The notes under the pieces: model-generated
What the model was told of the DNA's origin: nothing
Database searches by the model: none
What the model saw: the letters and a program-made list of their open reading frames with translations, nothing else
Shown here: positions 47,363 to 55,971 of the stretch, piece by piece
Layout: each line of letters begins with the position of its first letter
How positions within the stretch are numbered: the stretch's first letter is position 1
DNA from: Candidatus Eiseniibacteriota bacterium
GTDB lineage: Bacteria; Eisenbacteria; RBG-16-71-46
Direction of reading: 5' to 3'
Length of the DNA stretch: 64,000 bases
Assembly: GCA_963744995.1 (NCBI GenBank)
Contig: CAVUWA010000011.1
Location: 256,001-320,000, forward strand
Made by a program: the position numbers and the translations under genes

Positions 47363-47665
47363 TCAGCGCTTGGACGTCTCGCGCAGGTACGCGTCCCTGC
47401 CTTCGTGAAACGCAAGGCCGACCCGTTCCTTCTGATCGCGCACGAATTTCCCCGCCGCATCGACGGTTTCGTGGGTCTTTGCGCGCGCCTGGTCGGCGAG
47501 CGACTTGCTCCTGTCGAGCGCCTGGTCGGCGATATCGCCCAGTTCGCGCCGCGTTTCTTCGCCGCTCTTCGGTGCCAGCAGCAGTGCGCCTACCGCACCG
47601 AGCAGCGTTCCTGCCCCGAAGGCCACCATCGTGCCGATCTCGGAACCTCTGCGATCGTCATTCAT
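47363..47665 (-). CDS. YtxH-domain protein (copy 3)
   Basis: FGAGTLLGAVGALLLAPKSGEETR. Confidence 0.9.
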   Translation of the reverse strand: MNDDRRGSEIGTMVAFGAGTLLGAVGALLLAPKSGEETRRELGDIADQALDRSKSLADQARAKTHETVDAAGKFVRDQKERVGLAFHEGRDAYLRETSKR

Positions 47666-48042
47666 GTTCTGCTCCTTTCTTCTGCGAACCGGTGCCGGGG
47701 CCGCCGGTCCGGTTCGTTGCCGTTGTGATTCAAGAGGGATCCCAGGCCGGTGCGCGTCCCGGCGATCAGGCCGCGCAGCGCGACGAGGAGCGGCTCTACG
47801 GAATCGAGCACCCCGTGCGCGGAGCGGGTGACCCGGCCTTCCAGCGCGTGTGCGTCCCGCGTCATGAATTCGAGTTCGCGCATGAGCCGGTTCATGCGCC
47901 TGAGCGTGCGCCGCGTGCGGCGCATCAGGCGGTCGGATTCGCGCATCAGCGGGAGTGCGCGCCGCAGGAAGACGATCGACGCGATGCCTGTCGTGACCAT
48001 CGCGGCCGCGATCACCAGCAAACTGACTTCGGAAACACCCAT
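47662..48042 (-). CDS. YoxC/DUF948-like TM + coiled-coil protein (copy 3)
   Basis: N-terminal TM then basic heptad helix; ATGA overlap with ytxH. Confidence 0.7.
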   Translation of the reverse strand: MGVSEVSLLVIAAAMVTTGIASIVFLRRALPLMRESDRLMRRTRRTLRRMNRLMRELEFMTRDAHALEGRVTRSAHGVLDSVEPLLVALRGLIAGTRTGLGSLLNHNGNEPDRRPRHRFAEERSRT

Positions 48043-48066
48043 GGCCCCGTCCCTTTCCCGCGGCGG

Positions 48067-48573
48067 CTAGAAGTGGTAGCGCGCCGCGACGTTGAACATC
48101 GGTTTGGTGACGTTGTTGCGGATCGAAAAGACCTTTACGTGCTCATCGCCGGTCGAGCCGAACGTGCTCATGACGCCGAGTTCGGCGCCGAGCGAAACCG
48201 GCGCGCGGTAGAGGAAGTAGTCGATGCCGAGCGCCAGATGCACGCCCACGGGCGTGGCGTTCTGGCCGCCGTCCTCGAGGAAATACTGCTCGGCGCCCGC
48301 GACCAGCGAGGGAGCGAAACCGTGCGACTCGCCGCCCATCAGCCAGCGTGCCTCGGCGCCGAGCGCGGTGAGGCCGGAGACACGGCCGAACTGCAGGCCG
48401 AGGCGCCAGGCGGGCCGGACGCGATAGGACGCCTCGAAACCGGCCACCAGCGGCAGGCCGGCTTCGAATCCGATCGTGGCCGGGCCGGGCGCCGCGCGTG
48501 CCGCGGCAGGGGGGAGCGCCACGCCGCCGGCCGCGACCAGCACGGCCAGCAGAATCGTCTTCATGCCGTTCAT
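48067..48573 (-). CDS. Small outer-membrane beta-barrel (copy 2)
   Basis: Signal peptide, GFEAGLPL, C-terminal RYHF; RBS GGGAGG. Confidence 0.8.
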   Translation of the reverse strand: MNGMKTILLAVLVAAGGVALPPAAARAAPGPATIGFEAGLPLVAGFEASYRVRPAWRLGLQFGRVSGLTALGAEARWLMGGESHGFAPSLVAGAEQYFLEDGGQNATPVGVHLALGIDYFLYRAPVSLGAELGVMSTFGSTGDEHVKVFSIRNNVTKPMFNVAARYHF

Positions 48574-49047
48574 GGAACCTCCCGTCGATAGAGGGGTCGG
48601 AAGGCCCGAATCTCCCGTGCCTGAGCGACGGAGCCGGAGGTGACGCCGTGCGTCGTTCCGGCCGGGCGCGCCTTCGGGATGCGCGACGCGGGGGCGTCGC
48701 GGGCGCGGGCCCGGACATTCGGGCGATCACATACTGGTATTGGGGGGCGGGTCGGGGGCCGGCGCACGACCCGTTCGCACGTCTTGGCGAACGTTCGGCC
48801 GGCAGGACGGGCTCGGGTGAGCCCTGTGCATGACACCCGCCACGGGCTTCACCATAACACATCGAACGCATGCCGCATGGTCCACGTCAGAGGCATGCAA
48901 ATACAGCAAAACGGCAGGAGCGCGGGCGGATTCGAGCGCTCCGCCCGCGCCCGGCGCGCGGCGACTGGCGAACCGCAACTCGCGGCCCCGGCGCGGCGCC
49001 CGCGCGGGGCCGGGCCCAGGATCCCCGAAGCGCCGGAGGCGCGGCGC

Positions 49048-49344
49048 TCAGCCCTTCACCGTCTCGTGCAGGTAGGCCTCTTTGCCCACTTGAATCGCCT
49101 GGCCGACGCGCTCTTTCTGATCGCGCACAAACTCACCCGCGGCGGTCGTTGCCTCCTGCGTCTTGGTCTTCGCCTGCTCGGCGAGCGACTTGCTCTGGTC
49201 GATGGCTTTGTCGGCCATGTCGCTCAGATCGCGCCGCGTGTCGGCGCCGCTCTTCGGGGCCAGCAGCAGCGCCGCGGCCGCGCCGAGAAGCGCTCCTGCG
49301 CCGAAAGCCACGACCATGTCGGAAGTTCTGTGTTCGTCACTCAT
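49048..49344 (-). CDS. YtxH-domain protein (copy 2)
   Basis: FGAGALLGAAAALLLAPKSGADTR. Confidence 0.9.
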   Translation of the reverse strand: MSDEHRTSDMVVAFGAGALLGAAAALLLAPKSGADTRRDLSDMADKAIDQSKSLAEQAKTKTQEATTAAGEFVRDQKERVGQAIQVGKEAYLHETVKG

Positions 49345-49727
49345 GTTCTGCTCCCTTCGGTTTCGATTCGATGGCGGCCACGGCGGCCGCCCGGTTTGGT
49401 TCCATTGGAAGAACTGAACAGTGCTCCGAGGCCGGTGCGGGTGCCCGCGACGACGCCGCGCAGCGCGCCCAGAATCGGGTCGATCTGATCGAGCGCGGCG
49501 TGTGCCGAGCGGGACACGCGGCCTTCGAGCTGTCGCGCGTCACGGGCGATGAACTCGAGCTCGCGGGTGACGCGCTGAATACGTCGCAGCGTCTGGCGTG
49601 ACCGGCGCAGCACGAGATCAGACCGGCGCAGCACCGGCAGCAATCTGCGCGCGACCACGATGGCTACGACGCAGCCCGTGACGGCCGCCATCGCGATGAC
49701 CAGAAGACTGAATTCGGAAACGGTCAT
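49341..49727 (-). CDS. YoxC/DUF948-like TM + coiled-coil protein (copy 2)
   Basis: MTVSEFSLLVIAMA...RELEFIARDARQLEGRVSRSAH; paralog of 47662-48042. Confidence 0.7.
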   Translation of the reverse strand: MTVSEFSLLVIAMAAVTGCVVAIVVARRLLPVLRRSDLVLRRSRQTLRRIQRVTRELEFIARDARQLEGRVSRSAHAALDQIDPILGALRGVVAGTRTGLGALFSSSNGTKPGGRRGRHRIETEGSRT

Positions 49728-49830
49728 GAGACACACCCTTTCGCATGCAAGCGCGGTAATCGATTCGGAGGCCGCAGCCCCGCTGCTGGCGCCCCGAAGC
49801 TTCGCGGGGGGCGAGAGCGGACCTCCCGGA

Positions 49831-50127
49831 TCAGGCTTTCTTCCCCGCCTCGCGCTGATACGCTTCCTTCCCCTCGCGCAGGGCTTCACCGAGGCGCTCC
49901 TTCTGGTCGGCCAGGAACTCACCGGCCACGCGCACCCCTTCGCGGCTCTTGTCCGCCGTGCCGCTCGCCAGCTCGCGGCCCTTCTCCATGGCCCCCTCGG
50001 CGGACTCGCCGAGCCGGCGGCGGGTCTCGGCGCCGCTCTGCGGCGCGAGCAGCAGCCCGGCCACGGCGCCCACGAGGATGCCTGCCCCGAACATCACGAC
50101 CAGATCCGATCCTCTGCTGTCACTCAC
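49831..50127 (-). CDS. YtxH-domain protein (copy 1)
   Basis: FGAGILVGAVAGLLLAPQSGAETR. Confidence 0.9.
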   Translation of the reverse strand: MSDSRGSDLVVMFGAGILVGAVAGLLLAPQSGAETRRRLGESAEGAMEKGRELASGTADKSREGVRVAGEFLADQKERLGEALREGKEAYQREAGKKA

Positions 50128-50506
50128 GATGCCCTCCTTTTCGTCTTTGAAAGCGTGGTACTCGTTTGGGCCAGCTCTTGTGTTTGAACATCACGCCGAG
50201 AGACGCCCGTGCACCGGCCAGGACCGCACCCAGCGTGTGCAGCGGCGGTTCCACCTGATCCAGGAGCCCGTGCGCGGTCCTCGACACGCGGCGTTCGAGG
50301 CGCTTCGTGTCCCGGCTGATCTCTTCGACGTCCTCCGCGACCTTCTGGATGCGGGCCATGGTGGCACTGGAGCGGCGCAACAGGATCTGAGCCCGGTCGA
50401 TCGTCGGCAGCAGGCGTCGTACGAGCACCACCACGGAAACGCCGATCGCCAGCACGGCCACGGCGACGGCCACCAGGGCCATCTCGATCACCGTCATGTC
50501 ATCCAC
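50120..50506 (-). CDS. YoxC/DUF948-like TM + coiled-coil protein (copy 1)
   Basis: TM then RRLLP...LERRVSRTAHGLLDQVEP. Confidence 0.7.
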   Translation of the reverse strand: MDDMTVIEMALVAVAVAVLAIGVSVVVLVRRLLPTIDRAQILLRRSSATMARIQKVAEDVEEISRDTKRLERRVSRTAHGLLDQVEPPLHTLGAVLAGARASLGVMFKHKSWPKRVPRFQRRKGGHRE

Positions 50507-50527
50507 TCCGTCCGGGCCGCGATTACA

Positions 50528-51040
50528 TTAGAAATGATAGCGGACGCCGAAATTGAACGTTCCCGAAGAAAAGTCGTTCTGAACCGAGAAGACCTCGACG
50601 TCTCCCGAGTCGGAAGAGCCGAACGTCTTCATGGCCCCCAGCCGGACCCCGATCGAAACCGGCGAGTCCAGATACCAGTCCAGGCCGACCGCCGCGTGGA
50701 TGCCCAGCGGCGTCGCATGGCTGTCTCCCTCGGAGAGGAAATACTGCTCGGCGCCGGCGATGAGCGAGGGGACGAACGCCCCCCGGACCTCGGGCCGCAC
50801 CAGCCAGCGCGCTTCGGCACGCAGGGCGGTCAGCCCGGAGATGCGGCCGAGCGCGACGCCCATGCGCCACCTCGGGTCGACGCGATACGAAGCGTCGAAG
50901 CCGAGCACCAGCGGAAGCCCGGCTTCGACCCCGATGGCCGTCGCGCCCACGTTCGACTGCGCGCTGGCCGGCGTGGCGGCGATCGGAAGTGCGGCAAGCA
51001 CGATTCCAAGACACGCTCCCCGTATGAAGTTCAGATGCAT
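50528..51040 (-). CDS. Small outer-membrane beta-barrel (copy 1)
   Basis: Signal peptide, GVEAGLPL, PSLIAGAEQYFL, C-terminal RYHF. Confidence 0.8.
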   Translation of the reverse strand: MHLNFIRGACLGIVLAALPIAATPASAQSNVGATAIGVEAGLPLVLGFDASYRVDPRWRMGVALGRISGLTALRAEARWLVRPEVRGAFVPSLIAGAEQYFLSEGDSHATPLGIHAAVGLDWYLDSPVSIGVRLGAMKTFGSSDSGDVEVFSVQNDFSSGTFNFGVRYHF

Positions 51041-51053
51041 CAGACCCCTCCAG

Positions 51054-53906
51054 TCATCGAATGCGGACGAATTCCACGCGGCGATTCACGCGCCGGCCCT
51101 CGGCGGTGGCGTTGTCGGCCATCGGATCGGCCTCGCCGCGGCCCTCGACGACGAGCTGATCGCGCTGTACGCCCTGGGCGAACATCATGTCTGCAACCGT
51201 CGCGGCACGTGACCGCGAGAGCTGCAGGTTGACCGAGGCGGGGCCGCGATCGTCGGTGTGCCCGACGATCCTCACCATGGCCTCGGGAACGGCGCGCAAC
51301 GCCGCGGCGAGGGCGTTCACGCGCGCGGCGCCGGCTGCATCCAGACCGGCGCTGCGCGTCGCGAAGACGATCTCGGGAAATACGCGGGTGACGCCGACCG
51401 GCAGGATCGCGTCGAGACTGGCCCGCGCGGCGTCCGGCCGCGCTGCGGCCTCGTCCGACAGCGTCGCCACCGCCCCTTCGAGCGCAGTCAGCTTGTCCAT
51501 GACCTCGGGCGACGTGCCGGCCGCCGGTCGCGTCACCGCCACCGTTTCAGGCGCCGCGCCGGCCGCAGTCACGGCAGGCTCCGCCGGGGCCGCGGTAGCG
51601 CCGCGCTGTGCGAGCCGGGCTTCCAGGACGGCGATGCGCGCGGCGAGCTCGGACGTGTCACTCGCCCGCGGCGTGACCACGGTGGTTGCGCCCTGAGCCG
51701 CCGGCCGCGCCGTTTCGGGCCGGTCGACGAGCATCTGCTGCCTTGCCTCCAGCGCCTGCAATCGTGCGGTCGTTTCGGCCAGGCGCTGCCGATCGGCGAG
51801 GAGCATCTGCCGCAGGTCATCGGCCGAAGCTCGCGCCAGCGCAGAGTCCTGGGCGGCCCGCCTCGCCGCCTGGCTGCGATCCATCAGCACCTGCTGTCTC
51901 GCCTCCAGCGCCTCGAGGCGCGCAGCTTCCGCCTGCCGGCTCCGGGTCACGGAGTCCGGCTGGGGCGCGGCCATCCGGTCGAGCAACGCCAGGCGCTCCG
52001 CCTCGGCCCGCTGGGCGCGTGCCTCGAGCATCGCCCCGCGCGCCTTCTCGACCTCGAGCGCGGTGCGCAGCGAGTCCGTTGCCGGACCCCATGCCGCGCG
52101 GCCGGGCGTGGCCAGCGTGTCGTTCATGGTCCCGGGGGTGCTCCGAGCCGGTGACGCCGCGCTGGCCCGCGGGGGGACCGGAACGACCTCCGGACGCATC
52201 GGGAGCATGGCGTCGCGCGTCCCGTCCGCCGGCGATGCCCGGCCCGTGGAGTCCGGGGCGACGCCGAACGGCATGTCCTGCGGTGCGGGCCGCATCGCGC
52301 CCCCGTCTCCGATCCAGCGCCGCTGGAGCTGGTCGGGACAGCCATCGAAGTCGTAGTAGCCGTTGTAGGTCTCCGGATCATTCGGGCACTGGTCGCGAAG
52401 GTCGGGAATGCCATCCTGGTCGTTGTCGAGGTCCGGACAGCCATCGAAGTCCTGGAAGCCGTCCCAGTCCTCGGCCTGTAGCGGACACTGATCCGAGATG
52501 TCCGGAATGCCATCACGGTCGGTGTCGGTCAGCGGACCCACCGCGCTCGCCGCGGGCGGCGTGGTGACCGCGCGTGGAGCGATCGCACCCGGAGCAGGGG
52601 CCGCCGCGGGCGCGGGCGTCCGGGGCCTTGCCGCCGCAGTGTCCGGCTTCGCGGGCGCCTCCTGCACGTCGCGTCGCTCCATGATCTCACGCTGCTGCCG
52701 CTCCTTCTCTGCGGCCAGGCTGTCTCGCGTCGCCGCCGCGGCATCGATCACAGGCGTCGTAGCGGCGGGCGCCGTGGGCGCCGGAGCCACGGCCATCGGC
52801 ACAGCGACCGGCGCGGCCGTTGCCAGCAGGTCCTCGGCCTTCGCGCTCGCGCCGCGATAGACGGTTCCGAGCGAGATCGCTACGCGCCACTGATCCTTCG
52901 AAAAGGCCCGGCCCGGATCGAAGGCCGTCGCGGGATCGTCATCCGACACGTTGAAGCTCCAGGCGCCGCCGATCGATACGCCTCCCGGCAGCCAGAAGCG
53001 TACGCCCGGGGTGACCACGATGCGGCTCTCCCGGCCCTTGATGAAGGTGCGGTCGTGGACGAACTGGTTCGTCACGACCTCTCCGAACAGCGTCATGCGC
53101 GGCAGGTCGATCTCGGCCGCCGCGCCGAGTGTCAGGTAGTCGTTGTCGCGGTTGTGGGCCGGCGTGGGCACCTCCAGGGGGAGCGGTGTCTGAGGCAGGA
53201 TGTAGCGCGATTCATCCCCCTGGAAGGTGTACCCCGCGTTGCCGTGGAGCCGCAGCGGGACGCCCGTGCCGGCACGCAGCCCGTCCCACGTCACCATGCT
53301 GCGGCCGGTGTAGTTGTTTTCGCTCGTGGTGTAGAGCTGGGTGGGGGCACGGCCCGGGTACGTGGACACGTCGTCGTTTCCAGTCGCGAACAGAACCTCG
53401 CCCTCGACGCCCCATCGCATGCCGGGCAGCAGGAGGGGTCCGGTCCAGCGCAGGCGCGCGGCGACGTCGCCCAGCTTCGGTTTCAGTTCGCTGTCGTTCG
53501 GCGCCGAGCGGGAGCCCACGGTCGTGTAGTCGTTGTAGAACGGCACCATTCCCGAGATTTCGAACCCCCCGGGCAGGCCGAACACGGCGTTGGCGCCGCC
53601 GATCAAATCGTTGAGCTGAGTGTTGGCCGAGTCACGCAGACCGAGCCTCTGGTAGGTCGCGAAGAAACCCAGCTCGAGACGTGCAGGCCGGTGACTTTCG
53701 GCGCTCTGCACCTCCCAGACACCGGTCCCGCCTCGCTCGGAGAGCGCGGCCCGGGCCGGCGCGGGGCAAATCAGAATGGCCGCCAGGACCATCGCCAGCG
53801 GCGCGATGGACGTGTGCGGGCGCGCGATATGAGGCAAGGGGTTCCTCCTTGGATTGCGGATCCTTTGAGAGGGATGGCAGCGCAACCGCCACCCGTGCTT
53901 CTTCAC
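51054..53906 (-). CDS. Large OmpA-family protein: beta-rich N-domain, TSP3 Ca-binding repeats, coiled coil, OmpA_C (start uncertain)
   Basis: DTDRDGIPDISDQCP, DNDQDGIPDLRDQCP; VGHTDDRG..NLQLSRSRA; NRRVEF. Confidence 0.9.
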   Translation of the reverse strand: MKKHGWRLRCHPSQRIRNPRRNPLPHIARPHTSIAPLAMVLAAILICPAPARAALSERGGTGVWEVQSAESHRPARLELGFFATYQRLGLRDSANTQLNDLIGGANAVFGLPGGFEISGMVPFYNDYTTVGSRSAPNDSELKPKLGDVAARLRWTGPLLLPGMRWGVEGEVLFATGNDDVSTYPGRAPTQLYTTSENNYTGRSMVTWDGLRAGTGVPLRLHGNAGYTFQGDESRYILPQTPLPLEVPTPAHNRDNDYLTLGAAAEIDLPRMTLFGEVVTNQFVHDRTFIKGRESRIVVTPGVRFWLPGGVSIGGAWSFNVSDDDPATAFDPGRAFSKDQWRVAISLGTVYRGASAKAEDLLATAAPVAVPMAVAPAPTAPAATTPVIDAAAATRDSLAAEKERQQREIMERRDVQEAPAKPDTAAARPRTPAPAAAPAPGAIAPRAVTTPPAASAVGPLTDTDRDGIPDISDQCPLQAEDWDGFQDFDGCPDLDNDQDGIPDLRDQCPNDPETYNGYYDFDGCPDQLQRRWIGDGGAMRPAPQDMPFGVAPDSTGRASPADGTRDAMLPMRPEVVPVPPRASAASPARSTPGTMNDTLATPGRAAWGPATDSLRTALEVEKARGAMLEARAQRAEAERLALLDRMAAPQPDSVTRSRQAEAARLEALEARQQVLMDRSQAARRAAQDSALARASADDLRQMLLADRQRLAETTARLQALEARQQMLVDRPETARPAAQGATTVVTPRASDTSELAARIAVLEARLAQRGATAAPAEPAVTAAGAAPETVAVTRPAAGTSPEVMDKLTALEGAVATLSDEAAARPDAARASLDAILPVGVTRVFPEIVFATRSAGLDAAGAARVNALAAALRAVPEAMVRIVGHTDDRGPASVNLQLSRSRAATVADMMFAQGVQRDQLVVEGRGEADPMADNATAEGRRVNRRVEFVRIR

Positions 53907-54006
53907 TCTCTTGGACCGGGCCAGGAGGCCCTCGCGTCACGAGTTTTCTCGGGGGCGTCCCCGCGCGGGACGCACAACGTTCCGAGCGGAGGCGGGGGTC
54001 TGCTGG

Positions 54007-54861
54007 CTAGGCGGCCGGCCGGTCCCCCGGGGGTGGCGTGGCGCGCTGGATGACTTCGACGCCCGATTCGAGGACGCGCTCGTATGGGACGAGCCACGTG
54101 CGTCCCGCGTTGCGGATGGTCAGGAAGATCTGTCCGACGGCGGCCACTTCGCCGTCGATGTCGCCGAGCCGGATGCGATCGCCGACATGCAGATCGCGCC
54201 GCGCATAGACGCCGCTGATCGTGTTCTGCGCCACGCGCCGCGTACCCAGGGCCGCCGTCACGGCGAGGCCCACGCCCAGCGATGCGAGGATGACGGCGAT
54301 CGCCGTGGTGACGATCGTGAAGTCGAGCCCCACCCCCGAGAGCGCGATCACCAGGGTGACGAGGGCGACCAGGTAGTAGGCCCCGGCGCCCAGCGCCCGC
54401 GCCGAAATGAACCGGGAGCGTTCGGCAACGCCCTCCAACGTGCGGCGGGCCGTACCGGCCAGCGCGAAGCCCAGCAGCAGGATGAGGACGACGAGGGCGA
54501 GGTTGGGAAGGAACCCGATCAGCCGCGCGATGCTCGTCGACACCACGGGAAGTCCGAGCACGTCGGCGCCGGCAAGCAGAAAGACCGCCAGGACCGCCCA
54601 GAACACGACGAAGCCCGCCAGGTGTGACGCTGGATTCTCGTGGCCGAGGCGCACCAGGGTGCGGCCGACGCCGGTGCGGTCGACGAGGCGGTCGAGCCCT
54701 GCGCGCCGCAACACGCCGCGCACGATGACCTGGAGCACATAGGCGACGAGCATGCCGACCACCAGCAGCAAGAGGGTCAGGGCGAGCAGCGGCAACACGG
54801 CGGTGAGCTGATCCAGCATCCGCGCGGAAGCGTGACGCAGCAGCGATCCCCAGTCGTTCAT
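54007..54861 (-). CDS. CmpX-like small-conductance mechanosensitive channel family protein
   Basis: Two TM_helix repeats (LPLLALTL; FLPNLALV), NTISGVY, VGDRI. Confidence 0.85.
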   Translation of the reverse strand: MNDWGSLLRHASARMLDQLTAVLPLLALTLLLLVVGMLVAYVLQVIVRGVLRRAGLDRLVDRTGVGRTLVRLGHENPASHLAGFVVFWAVLAVFLLAGADVLGLPVVSTSIARLIGFLPNLALVVLILLLGFALAGTARRTLEGVAERSRFISARALGAGAYYLVALVTLVIALSGVGLDFTIVTTAIAVILASLGVGLAVTAALGTRRVAQNTISGVYARRDLHVGDRIRLGDIDGEVAAVGQIFLTIRNAGRTWLVPYERVLESGVEVIQRATPPPGDRPAA

Positions 54862-55121
54862 CAGCGGCGCTCCTCCCTGGTCTCTGGTCCCGCCACCGCG
54901 TCGCGCGGCGACATGACTTCCACGAGCACATCGAAAAACGCGCGGGCGGCGCCGGCGGCGCTGTCCACCATGAGAATGACGAGGTCCTCGGTCGCGACCT
55001 GCTTCTCGACCTCCTCGATGGCCCGCAGGGCCTGCTCCACCCGCGGCACCCCGATGGCGGCACGCAGGGCGTCGCGCTCCTTCGGATCGAGGGGCAGGTC
55101 GTCGCCGGCCGGCACGTGCAT
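54861..55121 (-). CDS. Small protein, CrfX/CfrX-like candidate anti-sigma factor
   Basis: 86 aa between the ECF sigma and the CmpX-like gene; EKQVATEDLVILM; RBS GGAG; stop overlaps next start. Confidence 0.6.
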   Translation of the reverse strand: MHVPAGDDLPLDPKERDALRAAIGVPRVEQALRAIEEVEKQVATEDLVILMVDSAAGAARAFFDVLVEVMSPRDAVAGPETREERR

Positions 55122-55132
55122 GGGTGTCTCCC

Positions 55133-55876
55133 TCAGCGGTTCAGCCGTTTGCGCAGCCGGTTTCGCGCGCGCAGTGCGCGCATCCGTACTGCGCCCGCGG
55201 ACATCTCCAGTGCTTCGCCGATTTCATCGTAGCCATAACCCTCCAGCTCGTGCATGACGAGCACGATGCGATCCTCCACGTCGAGCCGGGCCAGCGCCGC
55301 GCGCAGGTCCGGCGATGACGTCTCGGCGCGCTCCCGCGCGCGCCAGGGCCGCCATTGCTGCATGAGCACCGGATCCGAGAGCACCTCGTCGAGCAGCCGT
55401 CGCCTGCGGGTGCGGCTGGCCAGCCGGCTCAGGGCGGCTCGGCGCGCGACCTGGTAGAGCCACGTCGTGAACTTCGATTCGAACCGGTAGCTGAGCAAGT
55501 ACCGGTGCACCTTGAGAAAGGTGTCCTGCACGGCCTCTTCGGCGTCCTGATCGTTCAGCAGAATGGCCTGGCTCACCGCCCACACCCGCGCCCAGTACCG
55601 GCTCATGAGGCGTGAAAAAGCGCGCGTGCCGTGCGGGTACTCCTCGAACACGGCGTCGAGAAGCTCGCGTTCGTCCTCCGCGTCAGCCGCAGGGGGGGCG
55701 GAACGCGACGACGGGTCGGCCGTACCCTCGAGGCCGAGAAGCACGATCTCGGCGAGGACACGATCGAGCCGCTCCCACCAGTCGGCACGAAACCGAAGAA
55801 ACGGTTCCGTTCCCTTCAGGCACTCCACCCATGGGACCGGCCCCGGGGGCGGTCGTGTCACGGCCTTGCGCGTCAC
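55133..55876 (-). CDS. ECF sigma factor, SigX-like, with N-terminal extension
   Basis: DAEEAVQDTFLKV, SKFTTWLY, EGYGYDEIG, VRMRALRARNRL. Confidence 0.92.
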   Translation of the reverse strand: MTRKAVTRPPPGPVPWVECLKGTEPFLRFRADWWERLDRVLAEIVLLGLEGTADPSSRSAPPAADAEDERELLDAVFEEYPHGTRAFSRLMSRYWARVWAVSQAILLNDQDAEEAVQDTFLKVHRYLLSYRFESKFTTWLYQVARRAALSRLASRTRRRRLLDEVLSDPVLMQQWRPWRARERAETSSPDLRAALARLDVEDRIVLVMHELEGYGYDEIGEALEMSAGAVRMRALRARNRLRKRLNR

Positions 55877-55971
55877 GTGGACAGACTATCACGCGCACGT
55901 CCGGCCAGACCCGCCTCGAGGGCGGATCTGGCCGGCGCCGGATGCGGGGGTTTGCGCGCGGGGCGCGCCCT

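Noticed and set aside
48570..48836. 88-aa ORF overlapping the barrel start (ATGA)
   Set aside because: Arg/Pro-rich low-information sequence with no RBS or motif; likely spurious
48893..48912. TTGCA (minus strand) as a sigma54 -12 element, also at 49743
   Set aside because: No GG at the -24 position
47363..50506. Repeats considered as CRISPR array, IS or DGR
   Set aside because: They are diverged protein-coding paralogs; no fixed-length spacers, cas, transposase or reverse transcriptase
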